Assembly: GCF_963921235.1 (NCBI RefSeq)
Contig: NC_086118.1
Location: 17,486,001 to 17,550,000 of the forward strand
Reading direction: 5' to 3'
Origin: Mobula hypostoma
Lineage: Eukaryota
Length of the DNA stretch: 64,000 bases
Shown here piece by piece: positions 51,378 to 63,177 of the stretch; position 1 is the first letter of the stretch; each line of letters starts with the position of its first letter. Position numbers and translations under genes: made by a program. The notes under the pieces were generated by a model. It saw only the letters and a list, made by a program, of their open reading frames with translations. It did no database searches and was not told the DNA's origin.

Positions 51378-52035
51378 AAGCAGGTCGATTGCTCACAGAC
51401 TTTACTGCGAACAATATTAAAGGGAAAAGAAAACAATAAACACTAGGCCAAAACGGGGCCGTTAGCTAAAACGCTCAAATGGAAAACGAAGCCTACATTG
51501 CGGCTGAAAAGAACAACTAGGTATAAAATGAATACCGCTAGTCTTCCAAGGCAGTTGACGCGACAGTCCCATTTCTCAGGCAAGGCGGAATGCAGGCAGC
51601 GAAGCGTTGCTGTGTCCAAGTCTCGACAAGCACTACAACGACAAGTATGGAGTTAAATCCCATCACAATGAAATCATTAGCTGACGTGCATATTCACAAG
51701 CGTAACTTGCCGTGTCTACTGCGATGCCGAATCCATGGTTGTGACAATCGTGCCCTCAGAACCTCGTCTCTGTTCCTCTGACTAAGGAATCTCTTATCTA
51801 CACTGCAGTTCTCTTCACCCCACTGCTCCTCTGAGCCACAGCACCAGATCCAGTGCCAGAGAACTGGTCACTGTGGCTCCCCCCCCCCCCCCCCCGCGTC
51901 CCCCGAAGGTGATTCTCCTCACTAGTATCTAAAGTATGTGCTTACTATGAAGGGAATGACCAGAGGTGTTCTCTGCATTGGCTGTGCATTTCCCCACTTT
52001 CTCCTTAAAGTCACCCAACTACCTGTCTCCTGCAC

Positions 52036-52982
52036 TCCACTGTAATACTGACACGTCTACCTTTAGCTTCTCCTTCTCAAATTTCAGGGTGGATTCAATC
52101 ATATTATGATCACTTTCTCTTAAGCTCTCTGGTTCATTGCACAACACTAAATCCAGAACAGCTAAAACCCTAGTGGGCTCAACCACGAGCTGCTCTAAAA
52201 GCCAACTCATAGGCATTCTCAAATCCACCCTCTTGGAACGCAGCATCAATCTGATTTTTCCAATCTACCTGCACATTGAAATCACCCATGACTATTGTAA
52301 CATTGCCCTTTTGGCATGCATACCATTGTCACTTGTAGACCACATCCTTACTACTGTTTAGGGTTCTGTATACAACTCCCATCGTGGTCTTTTTACCATT
52401 ATCCTTAGCTCAATCCACAATGATACCTTTTGACTCTATGTCCCATCTTTCTAACAATTTGATTCCATTTTTAGCAACAGAGCAATGCTGCCCCTTCTAC
52501 CTGTCCTTTCAATACAATGTGTATTCTTGGACATTAAGCTCCTAGCTATAATCTTCTTTCAGCCATGATTCAGTGATGCCTACAATATCATACATGCCAA
52601 TCTTCAACTATGCTACAAGTTCATCTACCTTATTCCATATACTGTGTGCATTCAAATATAACACCATTCAGTCCTGTGTTCACCCTTTTCAATTTTGTCC
52701 ACCTTTCACATTGCAACTCATCCTGTTGAATGCAATTTTGCCTCTCTTTACTGCACATTGCCTGTTTGTAAACCAGCTATCTCATATTCATCTGCCTTCC
52801 CTATGATACTTTTTGTATTGAAATATATGCAGCTTTGGACACTAGTCAGACAATGCTCAATCTTTTGATTCCTAACTTTTTCTGAGGGCTTACCAACATC
52901 TGCCTCCACTAACTGTTTTGGCACTCTAGTTCCCTGCCCTGTACAACTCTAGTTTAAACCCATTAACAAACCTTCCCATAAG
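52036..52982 (-). mobile_element. Degraded CR1 fragment, endonuclease/ORF2 5' region
   Basis: Homologous to 46030-46610; LEQLVVEPTR..LDLVLCNE..SDHNMIE. Confidence 0.75.
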
Positions 52983-53359
52983 GAACAATTATCTGGAAGA
53001 GTATATTATGCTAAGGAAGGATCTCCAATTGTGACAAGGAGGCATATAGAAGTAGGACAGCTAGTTGAGTGGCAGCATAACATATACCTTGCACTCAGTG
53101 TCAGCAAAAGCAAGGAACTATGGACGTTAGGAAAGGGAAGTTAGGCATACACATACAATTTGTCATTTAAGGGTTGGTGACGAAAAGGATGAGGAGGTTC
53201 ATGCTCCTGGGTGTGATCACCTGGGAAGATCTATCTGGAGCCCACCACGTAGTTACAACCATAAAGAAGGAGCTGCAGTGTCTCTGTTTCCTTGAAGTTT
53301 GAGGAGATTTGGCAAGTCATCAAAGACAGTCAAAGACAAGTCATCAAAGACCCAGAAGG

Positions 53360-54022
53360 GGAGGAGAAGATGGCGGCGTGACACAGCATGCTCGGCCGCT
53401 CCGAAATGATACCGTATTTGTAAGTAGGTACTGTGCACAATCCTGATTTGATGGAGACGGACGTGAGAAGCACGGAGGAACATCTGGAGAAACTTCTGAA
53501 ATGCCTGCTTCGCTGCCACTGCTATTGTGCGATGGAGAATCTCCGGAGAGGAAGGCCCCAAATCCTCAGCTTTGCCTGTTGCTGGGGCCAGGATCGAAGC
53601 GCTCGGCAGAGATGGGGCTCGGGGCTCAGTGCTCCGTGTCAGAGGGCTGGTCGGAGGCTTGAAGTTTCCGGACAGACTCGAGTCGGCTGTGGCCGGGTGC
53701 TTCCAGGGTGCTGCATCAGCAAGTTTGCGGCGCTGGAAGCTCATGGCAGGGAGAGTTTTTCTTCCTTCTACCATCTGCGTGAGATGATGGGACTTTGGAG
53801 AGACTTTGAGACTTTTTTTTACCGTGCCCGAGGTCTGTTCTTCATCAAATTACGGTATTGCTTTGCACTGTTGTAACTATATAATTATGTGGTTTTTGTC
53901 AGTTTTTCAGTCTTGGTTTGTCTTGTGTTTCTGTGATGTCATTCTGGAGGAACATTGTATCATTTCTTAATGCATGCATTACTAAATGACAATAAAAGAG
54001 GACTGTGTGTCCTCATAATCTA
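53360..54022 (+). mobile_element. Full-length-looking non-autonomous retroelement with AAGATGGCGGCG head
   Basis: CpG-rich. The 3' part matches 1-428 and ends cctcataatct. Confidence 0.75.
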
Positions 54023-54035
54023 AAAGCAAAATCTT

Positions 54036-54200
54036 TTGCAGATGTAAGATGGAAAGCATTCTGAGTAGTTACATCAAGCCTTGGTATGGATTGCAGATGT
54101 AAGATGGAAAGCATTCTGAGTAGTTACATCAAGCCTTGGTATGGATTGCAGATGTAAGATGGAAAGCATTCTGAGCAGTTGCGTCATGGCTTGGTTTGGA
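54036..54200. repeat. 3 x 55-bp tandem repeat
   Basis: ttgcagatgtaagatggaaagcattctgag.. begins at 54036, 54091 and 54146. Confidence 0.9.
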
Positions 54201-54482
54201 AACTAATGTTTAAGAGCGCAAGGATCTACCAAGAGCAGTGGACTCGGCCATTTCCACCATGAGAACAGCTCTCCCCACTACTGAGCACATTTACAAGGAA
54301 GACGGCATCCATCATTGAGGACTCCCACCATCTGGGCTTTTCAGTCTTCTCAGTGCTGCCATCAAGCAGGAATTAGAGGAGCCTGAACACCCACACCTCA
54401 AGGTTCAACAACAGCATCTTCCCGTTGCAATCAGGTTCTTGCACCAACCTGAAAAACCTTAACACCACCTTGGACTATAGTT

Positions 54483-54686
54483 TAAAAATGTAAACATGAG
54501 GAATTCTGTAGATGCTGGAAATTTAACACAGCAGGCCAGGCAGCATCTCTAGGAAGAGGTACAGTCGACATTTTGGGCTGAGACCCTTCGTCCTGACGAA
54601 GGATCTCGGCCTGAAACGTCGACTGTACCTCTTCCTAGAGATGCTGGTGAACGCAGCAGGCCAGGCAGAAACTTTGATGTGTGTTG
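54483..54686. mobile_element. Second palindromic pLTR-only Penelope insertion
   Basis: 52-bp arms 54541-54592 and 54595-54646. 14-bp TSD cttggactatagtt at 54469-54482 and 54687-54700. Hammerhead core at 54590-54624. Confidence 0.88.
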
Positions 54687-54989
54687 CTTGGACTATAGTT
54701 GCTTCCTTTAACTTGTACTAATGTTGTTACATTTATTTTAACTTATTTTGTTGTACAGCACCCATCTCCCCCGGCCCCACCTATACATCCCCCACCTGAC
54801 CTATACATCCCCCAACGCTACCCTTAAAACTAATCCTAACCTCCAAGGGCCTGCACACCCCAACTAACCCTGGTCACATCAGCACAAGTGAGCTAACTTA
54901 ACACCAGGTCCCATCCTCCATTGTCTCTCCATGGGAAGGCCTGCATCTCCATCTCCCAACCCTAGCCCCAAACCTAACACCTAACATAG

Positions 54990-55255
54990 AGGGGTGCCTT
55001 TTCAGAATGGAGATAAAGATGATTTTTTTTTCACCAGAGATTAGTGAATCTGTGGAATTCATTGCTACAAATGCAGCTGTGGAAGCCTAGTTATTATGTA
55101 TATTTAAGGCAGAGGTTGATAGATTTTTGATTGGTCAGGGCATGAATGGAGATGGGGCTGAGAGGAAAATTGGATCAGCCATGATGAAATGGCTGAGCAG
55201 ATTCGATGGGCCAAATGGCCTAATTCTGCTCCTATATCTTATGCTGTTATGGTCT
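54990..55255 (+). mobile_element. CR1 3' end
   Basis: gtgaatctgtggaattcattgc..gggccaaatggcctaattctgctcctatatcttatg. Confidence 0.85.
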
Positions 55256-55259
55256 TTCC

Positions 55260-56700
55260 TCATAAGACATTCTTTAATGCAGGAAGCATCCTGGTAAACT
55301 TCCTCTGCACCCACTCTAAAGCTTCCACATTGTTCCTATAATGAAGTACTCAGAAATGTACACAATTCTTCAAGTATGGTCAAATCAGAGTTTATGGAGC
55401 TGCAACATTACCTCATGGCTCTTGAACTCAATACCCTGAACAATGAGGTCAACATACCATACACCTTCTTAACAAGCCTATCAACATGTGCTGGAACTTT
55501 GAGAGATCTATGGATTCAGATCCCAAGATCTCTCTGTTCCTCCACACTGTTAAGAGCGCTGTCATTAATCTGGTAATGTACTTTCAAGTTCAATAGTTCA
55601 AAGTACATTTATTATCAAAGTTTGTCTATATTATACAACCTTGAGACACAAAACAAAGAAACCCAAAAGAACCCTTTTAAAAAAGACCATTAAACACCCA
55701 ATGTGCAAAGAAAAAAAACCCCATACAAACAATAAAAGCAATCAAGTAGCACTGGGAACTGAAGTTCACGAAAAAGAGTCCATCCAATAACCCACAGTTC
55801 TGTGCAAAGCTGAGTAAGTATCATGGAGCAGTGAGCCGAACTGGCCTGTCCCTCGCCTCAGGCCCTGACACCCCAAACTTTTCATTCTGGCTCAGTGCTT
55901 AAATCGTCATCCAAACATTGGGTTCTGTCACCTTGATGCACTCTGGGGCCTGGACCCTGCCACCTTAATTCGGCCTGTACCCGAACTTTCCAACTTGGAA
56001 CAGCATTTAAGTTGGTCGAACCCCTGGACTTTTCTCTCTTCCAATGAGGGCCCATTGGCCTGCCTCAGTGCTGCCGCATCAAGTTGTCTTCAGTTCCAAA
56101 GGGAAGTTACGTAGTATTGTTTGCAGTGATAGGTTACTGGAAAAAGTGTGATTAACAAAGTGTTTTCTTTGTTTCACTGGCCACGAGCAAGTAGTTGCTG
56201 AGTTTCACCAGTGCCATCGTAAACTTGTACAACTTTCCATAGTGTGTCACACGTTTTGAACTCAGTCTTTGTGTGTTCTACCATGTTATTTGAAACTAGA
56301 ATATCTGACATCCTTGGAGTATTAGCAATGTCTTCCACAGTGAAAAATACCTGCCATTTCTTTGCCTGCTGTAATTAGTTTGGCAGCTTCATTCCTAGAA
56401 GCCTGTATTTACCTGTATTGCCCTTTCCTGATGAATATGTCCATGGAGACTTTTTCTCTTTACTTTTATAATGCATACAAGTTCTCTCAGAATTATTTTT
56501 CTCCATTCTTATGAGATTTTTAATCTTCTGCTGCTCCTTCCTAAAGATTTCCTGGTCTTCTGAGATACCCCTAGCTTTTTCCATTTTGTATACCTGAATT
56601 TTCAGTTTAACGTTATCCTTTATCTCCTTAGCTGACAAGACATCAGATAATGCCTTGCTGAGAATTGTAGGCCAGCTGTTTTAATATCAGCCACCCTTCC
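55260..56700 (-). mobile_element. Degraded CR1 with an inserted non-autonomous element at ~55585-56223
   Basis: CR1 remnants on both sides. The insert has a gttcaaagtacatttatt tail and a reverse (A/C)GATGGC head. Confidence 0.55.
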
Positions 56701-56737
56701 TCTATTTCCATGACTTGCTTGTTTCCCTTAAGCAACT

Positions 56738-57205
56738 CAAAGTTCAAAGTAAATTTATTATCAAAGTATGTACATGCTATCCTATACAACCCTGAGATTC
56801 ATTTTCTTATGTGCTTACTCAGTAAATCCATAGAATAGTAACTATAATAGGACCAATGAAAGATCAACCAGAGTGCAGAAGACAACAAACTGTGGAAATA
56901 CAAATATAAATAAATAGCAATAAATAACGAGAACATGAGATAATGAGATTAAGAGTCCTTAAAGTGAGATCACTGGTTGTGGGAACATTTCAATGATGAA
57001 GTAAATGAGTGTAGTTATCCCCTTTTATTCGAGAGCCTGATGGTTGAGGGGCAGAAACTGTTCTTGAACTTGGTGGTGTGAGTCCTGAGGCACCCGTACC
57101 TTCTAACTGATGGCAGCAGCGAGCAAGGAGCAAGATCTGGGTGGTGGGGGTCTCTGATGATGGATGCTGCTTTCCTACGACAGAGTTGCATGTAGATGTG
57201 CTCAA
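56738..57205 (-). mobile_element. Rex/Babar-type LINE 3' end
   Basis: Highly similar to 19595-20060; RKAASIIRDPHHP..LLPSVRRY. Confidence 0.85.
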
Positions 57206-57649
57206 TGACAAAATAATTATACCCAGTTAAATAGAAGATGCTGGTTATGGACCAATGATTCATCCTCAAACTGTATCCAGAATTTTATCGGACAATGCTC
57301 AGTCCTCCCCATGGGAATATTTCAGTAAAAGATCCCTAACCTTAATTTGAAAGACTATTTTTAAAGTAGCCTGTTCCTGAAAAGTTTTGCAATTATACTT
57401 CTCTAAAAATACAATCCTAGATGCATTCCACAGATCCTTCTTCAATGATACCCCTGTCAGCTGTGTTGATTTATCCAATGCATAGATTAAAATCTCCTAT
57501 GATAATTGCAATTCCCATCAAACATGCTTTTGCTATTTCCCCATTTATGCTCTGACGGATGGAAAGTTCAAATTTTGGAGATAAATAGACTATTTCCACC
57601 CATGTCTTCCTTACAATGCTCTTTATGATTTCAACCCAAACTCTTCACA

Positions 57650-57965
57650 CTACTTAATTATTTAATTATTTATCTAGCTATCTACCTATCTGTTCATTTG
57701 CTTGTTAATTAATTCATATTTCAGACACAGCGCGGAATGGGCCCTCTGGCCCTTCGAGCTGCACTGACCACCAATCCTCGCTTTAACACTAACCTGATCA
57801 TAGGACAATTTACAATGACTAATGAATGTACCAACCGGTATGCCTTTGGTCTGTTGGATGAAACCAGGAAGCCTGGAGAAAGCCCCTGCATTCCATGGGG
57901 AGGATGCACAGACTCCTTACAAGTGACATTGGAATTGATCTCCGAACTCCGATGCTCCGACATCA
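57650..57965 (-). mobile_element. tRNA-derived SINE
   Basis: Reverse of the 36401 family (ggacaatttacaatgactaat..gaactccgatgctcc). Confidence 0.7.
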
Positions 57966-58787
57966 CCTTTCAAACCTTTTCAAGCCGCTCAGGCTGTTGA
58001 AGTTTGTCTCATCCCAGGAAGCAAATGAGTGGCATTGATGCTATGAACACAAAATGTCCCAAAACTACAAATGTATATGACCAATAACTCTATGAATGTT
58101 TAGAATGAACAACGGTATTCTCATTGTATAAATGTTATGCACTTCTTTAAATTTCTTGTACAATTTTCTATGTGTGAATCTCATTTTTGAAACTAAAAAA
58201 TTTCCATCCCTCGTAATGTGATTTGCAAAGACTCTGCTCTCAGTACAATTCAACAGCAGCACATCACAAGAGAACAGCTCTCTCCTTCCCCGGTACTGGT
58301 GCTGGCTAGATTATGTAAACTTGTTCAAACTGAGTAATCTGCTTTTAATAACTAATTGATAAATAGAAAGCAGGTTTAGTGACTGCTTCACTGCTCACAT
58401 CTGAAATAATGCTCTGATAACTTTTACATTGTATTTTTTTAAAATTAAACTGCACAAAGGTTAACCAAAGCCTGTTGCAGAACAAATGTGGTGCAGTGAT
58501 CAATAAGACTTCATTGGTTACTGATGAAAGGTCTGAGTCCAAAATATTTACTGTTTATTCCTCTCCTTAGATACTGCCTGACCTGCTGAGTTCCTCCAGC
58601 ATTTGCGTATGCTACTCTGGAATCTCTTGTGTTTATCATTGGTTACTTAGTGTTGACTGAAACTGCTTCAGAATATGGGGTGTCGGTAATACAACATAAA
58701 GCAAGAGAATTTGGAACTGGTCACCATTCTGTTATCTACAGGAATAATAATCCATCACAGAAGGAGTATTATTCTAACAGATCAAAA

Positions 58788-59330
58788 TTCAAGGTTCAAG
58801 GTTAATTTTATTGTTGAAGTATGCATGTACAATACAACTCTGATATTTGTCTTCTCCAGTTAGCCATGAAATACCCAGGAAAAGTAAATGAGACAAAACT
58901 CACAGACGCCTGAATCCCTGACACCCACCCTGCAGAAAAAGAACAACAACAGTAACAATCTACTGCCCCCTTCCCGCAGAAAAGAAACAGCTACAATAAC
59001 AATTCTCAACCCCCTCCCCCAGGAAGGAGAAACAGCAACAATACAATTCCTGACCCCCTCACTCATAGAAAAAGACAGTGACAATAGCAACACATCCCCA
59101 GGGCCTAATCTGCAGAAAAAAAACTGTGACCAACCCCCTCACTCGTAAAAAAGAACAATGACAGCAATATCACAAACCCCTAGCCAACCCACCACAAAAA
59201 TCTTGCAGATCACCCACCCGCCAGTCGGCCACAAGAAAGAAAATGCCAAAAAACTGAAGGAGACCGATGTATAGTACAGTCCAATCACAAAAACCTCAGA
59301 GCATCGAGCAGTCCTTCCATGACTCAGAGC
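58788..59330 (-). mobile_element. 3' part of a non-autonomous retroelement
   Basis: ttcaaggttcaaggttaattttatt tail and an A/C-rich internally repetitive body. Confidence 0.5.
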
Positions 59331-59349
59331 TCACACCTGGTCTGAACAG

Positions 59350-60213
59350 TAGCCTCCACTGGGAGAGATCACTGACAATCTGGCCCCATTGGGACCAATC
59401 ACTGACCCTGTCAACCTGTTGAGAGAAATCACTGACCCTCTGTCCCCATAGGGTGCGAACGCTGGCCCTCTGTCCCCATTGGGTGCGAACACTGGCCCTC
59501 TGTCCCCATTGGGTGCGAACGCTGGCCCTCTGGCCCCATTGGAGAGATCACTCACCCTCTGGCCCCATTGGAGTGATCACTGATCCTCTGGCTCCATTAG
59601 GAATGATCACTGACCATCTGGCCCCATTGGGAGTGATCGCTGACCCTCTGGCCCCATTGGAGAGATCACTGACCCTCTGGCCTCATTGGGGGTGATCACT
59701 GATCCTCTGGCCCCATTGGGAGTGATCGCTGACCATCTGGCCCCATTGGGAGTGATCACTGACTCTCTGGCCCCCATTGGAAAGATCGCTGACTCTCTGG
59801 CCCCATTGGAAAAGATCACTGACTCTCTGGCCCCATTGGGAATGACCACTGACCCTCTGGCCCCATTGGGAGTGATCACTGACCCTCTGGCCCCATTGGG
59901 AGCGATCACTGACCCTCTGGCCCCATTGAGAGTGATCACTGACCCTCAGGCCCCATTGGGAGTGATCTCTGACCTTCTGGCTCCATTGGGAGAAATCACT
60001 GGCACTCTGGCTCCATTGGGAATGATCACCTACCCTCTGACCCCATTGGGAGCGATCACTGACCCTCTGGCCCCATTGAGAGTGATCACTGACCCTCAGG
60101 CCCCATTGGGAGTGATCTCTGACCTTCTGGCCCCATTGGGAGAAATCACTGGCACTCTGGCTCCATTGGGAATGATCACCTACCCTCTGACCCCATTGGG
60201 AGTGATCTCTGAC
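59350..60213. repeat. 30-bp minisatellite, about 28 units, with a 150-bp higher-order duplication
   Basis: Consensus GAGTGATCACTGACCCTCTGGCCCCATTGG. 59891-60040 nearly equals 60041-60190. Confidence 0.95.
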
Positions 60214-61324
60214 TGGGTTTGAACACCATATCCTGAGGAAATCTTTCCTCATTGTTTGAATTCAAACTGACCTGATCACTTTCAACCAATGGCTCTGACA
60301 TAAACAGTTTCCAATTTCTAAGTTCATGTAAATTTCCCAGTTAGTAATTAGAAACAGTTATGTTGTAGCCATTGAGTAAAAGTCATGAGATTTAATTCAG
60401 TTTAATCTCGCTCTAGTAGCTTTGTACCCCATCTATCACACTCCAGCAGCTGTCTTTACCCTCACCCTCCCCCACCTTCTTCCCAACTGACCTCCGCTGC
60501 CTATTTTGTCCTTTTTCTTTGTCTGATCCCACCTTTTACCCACCTGCCTCTTACTCCTATCCTCAGCCCCACCATGTCCTGCTTCCCTCTTCCACCTGTC
60601 CTCAGTCCACCTCTCGCCTACTGGCCGCTGTCTCACCACTGCCCCCGCCCTTTACACTGACTGTCTTCCTACTCCATTCTCAGCGCTGATGCAGGGTTTC
60701 AACCCGAAACACGGACAATTCCTTTCCCCAACTGGTGCTGTTCAACTTGCCGAGTTCCTCCAGAAACAGGAACAAACGTGTGTGGAGCTGACAGGTAGCA
60801 CTGGAGAAACAATGGAATGGTCAACCTCAAGCAGGAAGGCTTAATGTTGTTGGTCTTTGGAATGATCTTGTTGTGCATTCTTCAACTGCATGGAAATCCA
60901 GTGCACTTCCTCTGCCTGTTTCTATGAGTTTGGAAAGAATTTTATCTTTTCAGTGTGATGACTTGAGCTGTTATGAGTAATGTCATTGATTATCGATAAC
61001 TTAAAACTATTTTTACCTGCCTCATGTAGCAGGACAAAGATAACCATCAGAGCAAGTGAACATTTAAATAAACAATGGTAAACAACTAGCTCTCTAAAAG
61101 AGTCTGTTTTTGTACTACGTGACTCTGTGACTCCTCATATTAACTTCTGTCACGCATGAATTTTAGGCACATGTGTGACAAAAATTAAATGTTATTAAAT
61201 ATGAAACTTTGGACTTGTCATAGATTCATGCAGCACAGAGGAGACCCCTCGGCCCATCAATTCTGTGCTGACCATCTTACCCACCTATCCCAATTCGATA
61301 TACTGGTACTTGGTCCATGCCCTT

Positions 61325-61640
61325 TTAGTTATTCATTTATTTATCTATCTATCAATCTAGCTATTAATTTATTTATTTCTCTGTTTATTTATTTATTTAG
61401 TTGGTTATCGATCTGTCTGTTTATTTATTTATTTACTTATTTATCTATCTATCTACCTTTCGAGATGCAGCACGGAATAGGCCTTAGAGCCGCCGGCCCA
61501 GCAATCCCCCGATTTAATCCTTGCCTAATCACGGAACAATTTACAATGATCAATGACCAGTTTTTGGACCGTGGGAGGAAACTGGAGCACCTGGAAAAAA
61601 CCCCATGCAGTCACAGGGAGAATGTACAAACTCCTTACAG
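61325..61640 (-). mobile_element. Partial tRNA-SINE with (TATT)n tail
   Basis: acaatttacaatgatcaat..gtgggaggaaactggagcacc. Confidence 0.65.
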
Positions 61641-62349
61641 GCATATACTTCGGCACTTGCAAAGGCTGGTTCTAGTACTTTTTAAATGTTGTGAAAGTAC
61701 CTGTCTCTATCATCCACACATTCCCCTCCTCCCATTGGCAGTGCATTCTAGATTTCAAGCACTGAGAAAAGAATGGCTCTCTTTAGATCCCCTCTGAATG
61801 TCTTATCCCTGGCCCTAAACCTATGCCCTCCAGTTTCAGTCACCTCCACAAGGGAGAAAATTTTCTATTATCTATCCTACCTCAGCCCCTCATAATTTTA
61901 AACACTTCTAACAGATCCTACACCAACCAGCCCCACCATCCAGTCTCCTCCGCTCCAAGGAAAACACATTAAAACAAGAGCTCTGGAGTAGTTTGGATTT
62001 CCACTGAAGAGCAATATGATCAAAGAAGTGGATGGGCGAAGACTTCGTAATTCCAACTTAATTTGTAAATAATGACCTTGCAGCTGATGTTCTGCAGACT
62101 GAACTTCAACAAGGGCATATTACACTATTTCTAACACCTGCAGTACTGTTTAAATCCAATTGGTGGCACCATGGAGCACAGCAGTCGCAAGTAGCGCCAC
62201 CTCCTGGAAATCCGTGGAACAACAATCCTATTCAATTGAAATCTGTCCTCATTTTCCCAGCTATTGTTTTCCAGTCCACAGCATAATTTTGTAAAAAAAA
62301 GCATACACCAAATATACTTGGATTTATGCATGGCTTACACAATAATATC

Positions 62350-62830
62350 AAGGATGAGAAAATCAGCAGTTGCTGGAAATCCAAGCAACACATAGAAAAT
62401 GCTGGAGGAACTCAGCAGGCCAGGCAGCGTCTATGGAAAAGAGTAAACAGTTGATGTTTCAGATTGAGACCCTTCATCAGGACTGGAAAGAACGGTGAGA
62501 AGTTAGAGCAAGAAGGTGGGGGAGGGGTGAGGAAGAAGTACAAGGTAGTAGGTGGTAGGTGAAACTGGGAGAGGGGAAGGGGAGAGTAAAGAGCTGGGAA
62601 GCTAATGGGTGAAAGAGATAACGGGCTGGAGAAGGGAGAATCTGACAGGGGAGACATTCCGTGTGCAGGTCAGTGGGACTAGGCTGAAAATAGTTCAGCA
62701 CAGCCAAGAAGCCTGTTTCTGTACTGTAGTTCTTCTGTGGTTTCTATGGTTCTCTCTGGGAGGGTAAAAGACCACAGAAGATAGGGAAGGGGAGGTACCA
62801 GAGGGAAGTAATGGACAGGTAAGAAGATAA
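62350..62830 (-). mobile_element. Older Penelope pLTR-derived repeat with a short CR1 tail inserted
   Basis: The minus strand reads ccagtcCTGATGAagggtctcaatctGAAAcatc, a hammerhead-like core. Confidence 0.65.
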
Positions 62831-63177
62831 GGAAATAAAATGAATTAACTCACTACCTGATTAATTTTCCCCTTCCTTCTCTCTCCCTGGAGATATCAAC
62901 CACTTTTGTGTTTGAGAATGGAAACTTCACTGTGCTGCCAAATACTATAACCGCAGTATCCCTGGGACTCCCTTTGGTGACCATTGAAAATAACATCACT
63001 TCAAACACAGGGAAAGTCACCTCAGGAAGGCTGTGTTGCCATGTCATAGTAACTCTCCTCATGTTCACATTGATCTGCCTGTTGTTGACCTCTCCACAGC
63101 AATGGAGAAGTCAAATGGAAGAACAACATATCATATTCTACTTGGGTAATTTATAACCCAATAGTATGGACATTGAA

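Larger units (their letters stand above)
49447..51746 (-). mobile_element. Ty3/Gypsy (Tf1/sushi-like) element: 5' LTR, gag, protease and RT start; 3' part absent
   Basis: LTR 51296-51746 (TGTCAC..GTGACA). Gag LLDLRQGRGTV..GWNERSL..LAIRMDDR, degenerate Zn knuckle YCGDPGHFRVAC, protease AFIDFGAAGNLMD, and [20 protein letters not shown]. Confidence 0.9.
43760..52035 (-). mobile_element. Long degraded CR1 (ORF2 and ORF1 pieces) hosting several nested insertions
   Basis: ORF 44597-45559 (KSPGSDGLHTRVLKE, WKIANVSPLFKKG, FQKAFDK). ORF1 pieces at 49178-49446 and 51747-52035. Confidence 0.8.
53050..54468 (+). mobile_element. Degraded Rex/Babar-type fragment split by insertions
   Basis: gtcagcaaaagcaaggaact, ttgaggagatttggc and catccatcattgaggactcccaccat are 3'-ORF remnants. 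Confidence 0.55.

Noticed and set aside
53253..53876. 147-173 aa ORFs here and at 16849-17503
   Set aside because: They lie within GC-rich non-autonomous repeats and have no domain motifs. The homologous copy at 1-428 has indels relative to this one.
59331..60252. Repetitive ORFs of 110-189 aa
   Set aside because: By-products of a 30-bp unit that is open in several frames on both strands.
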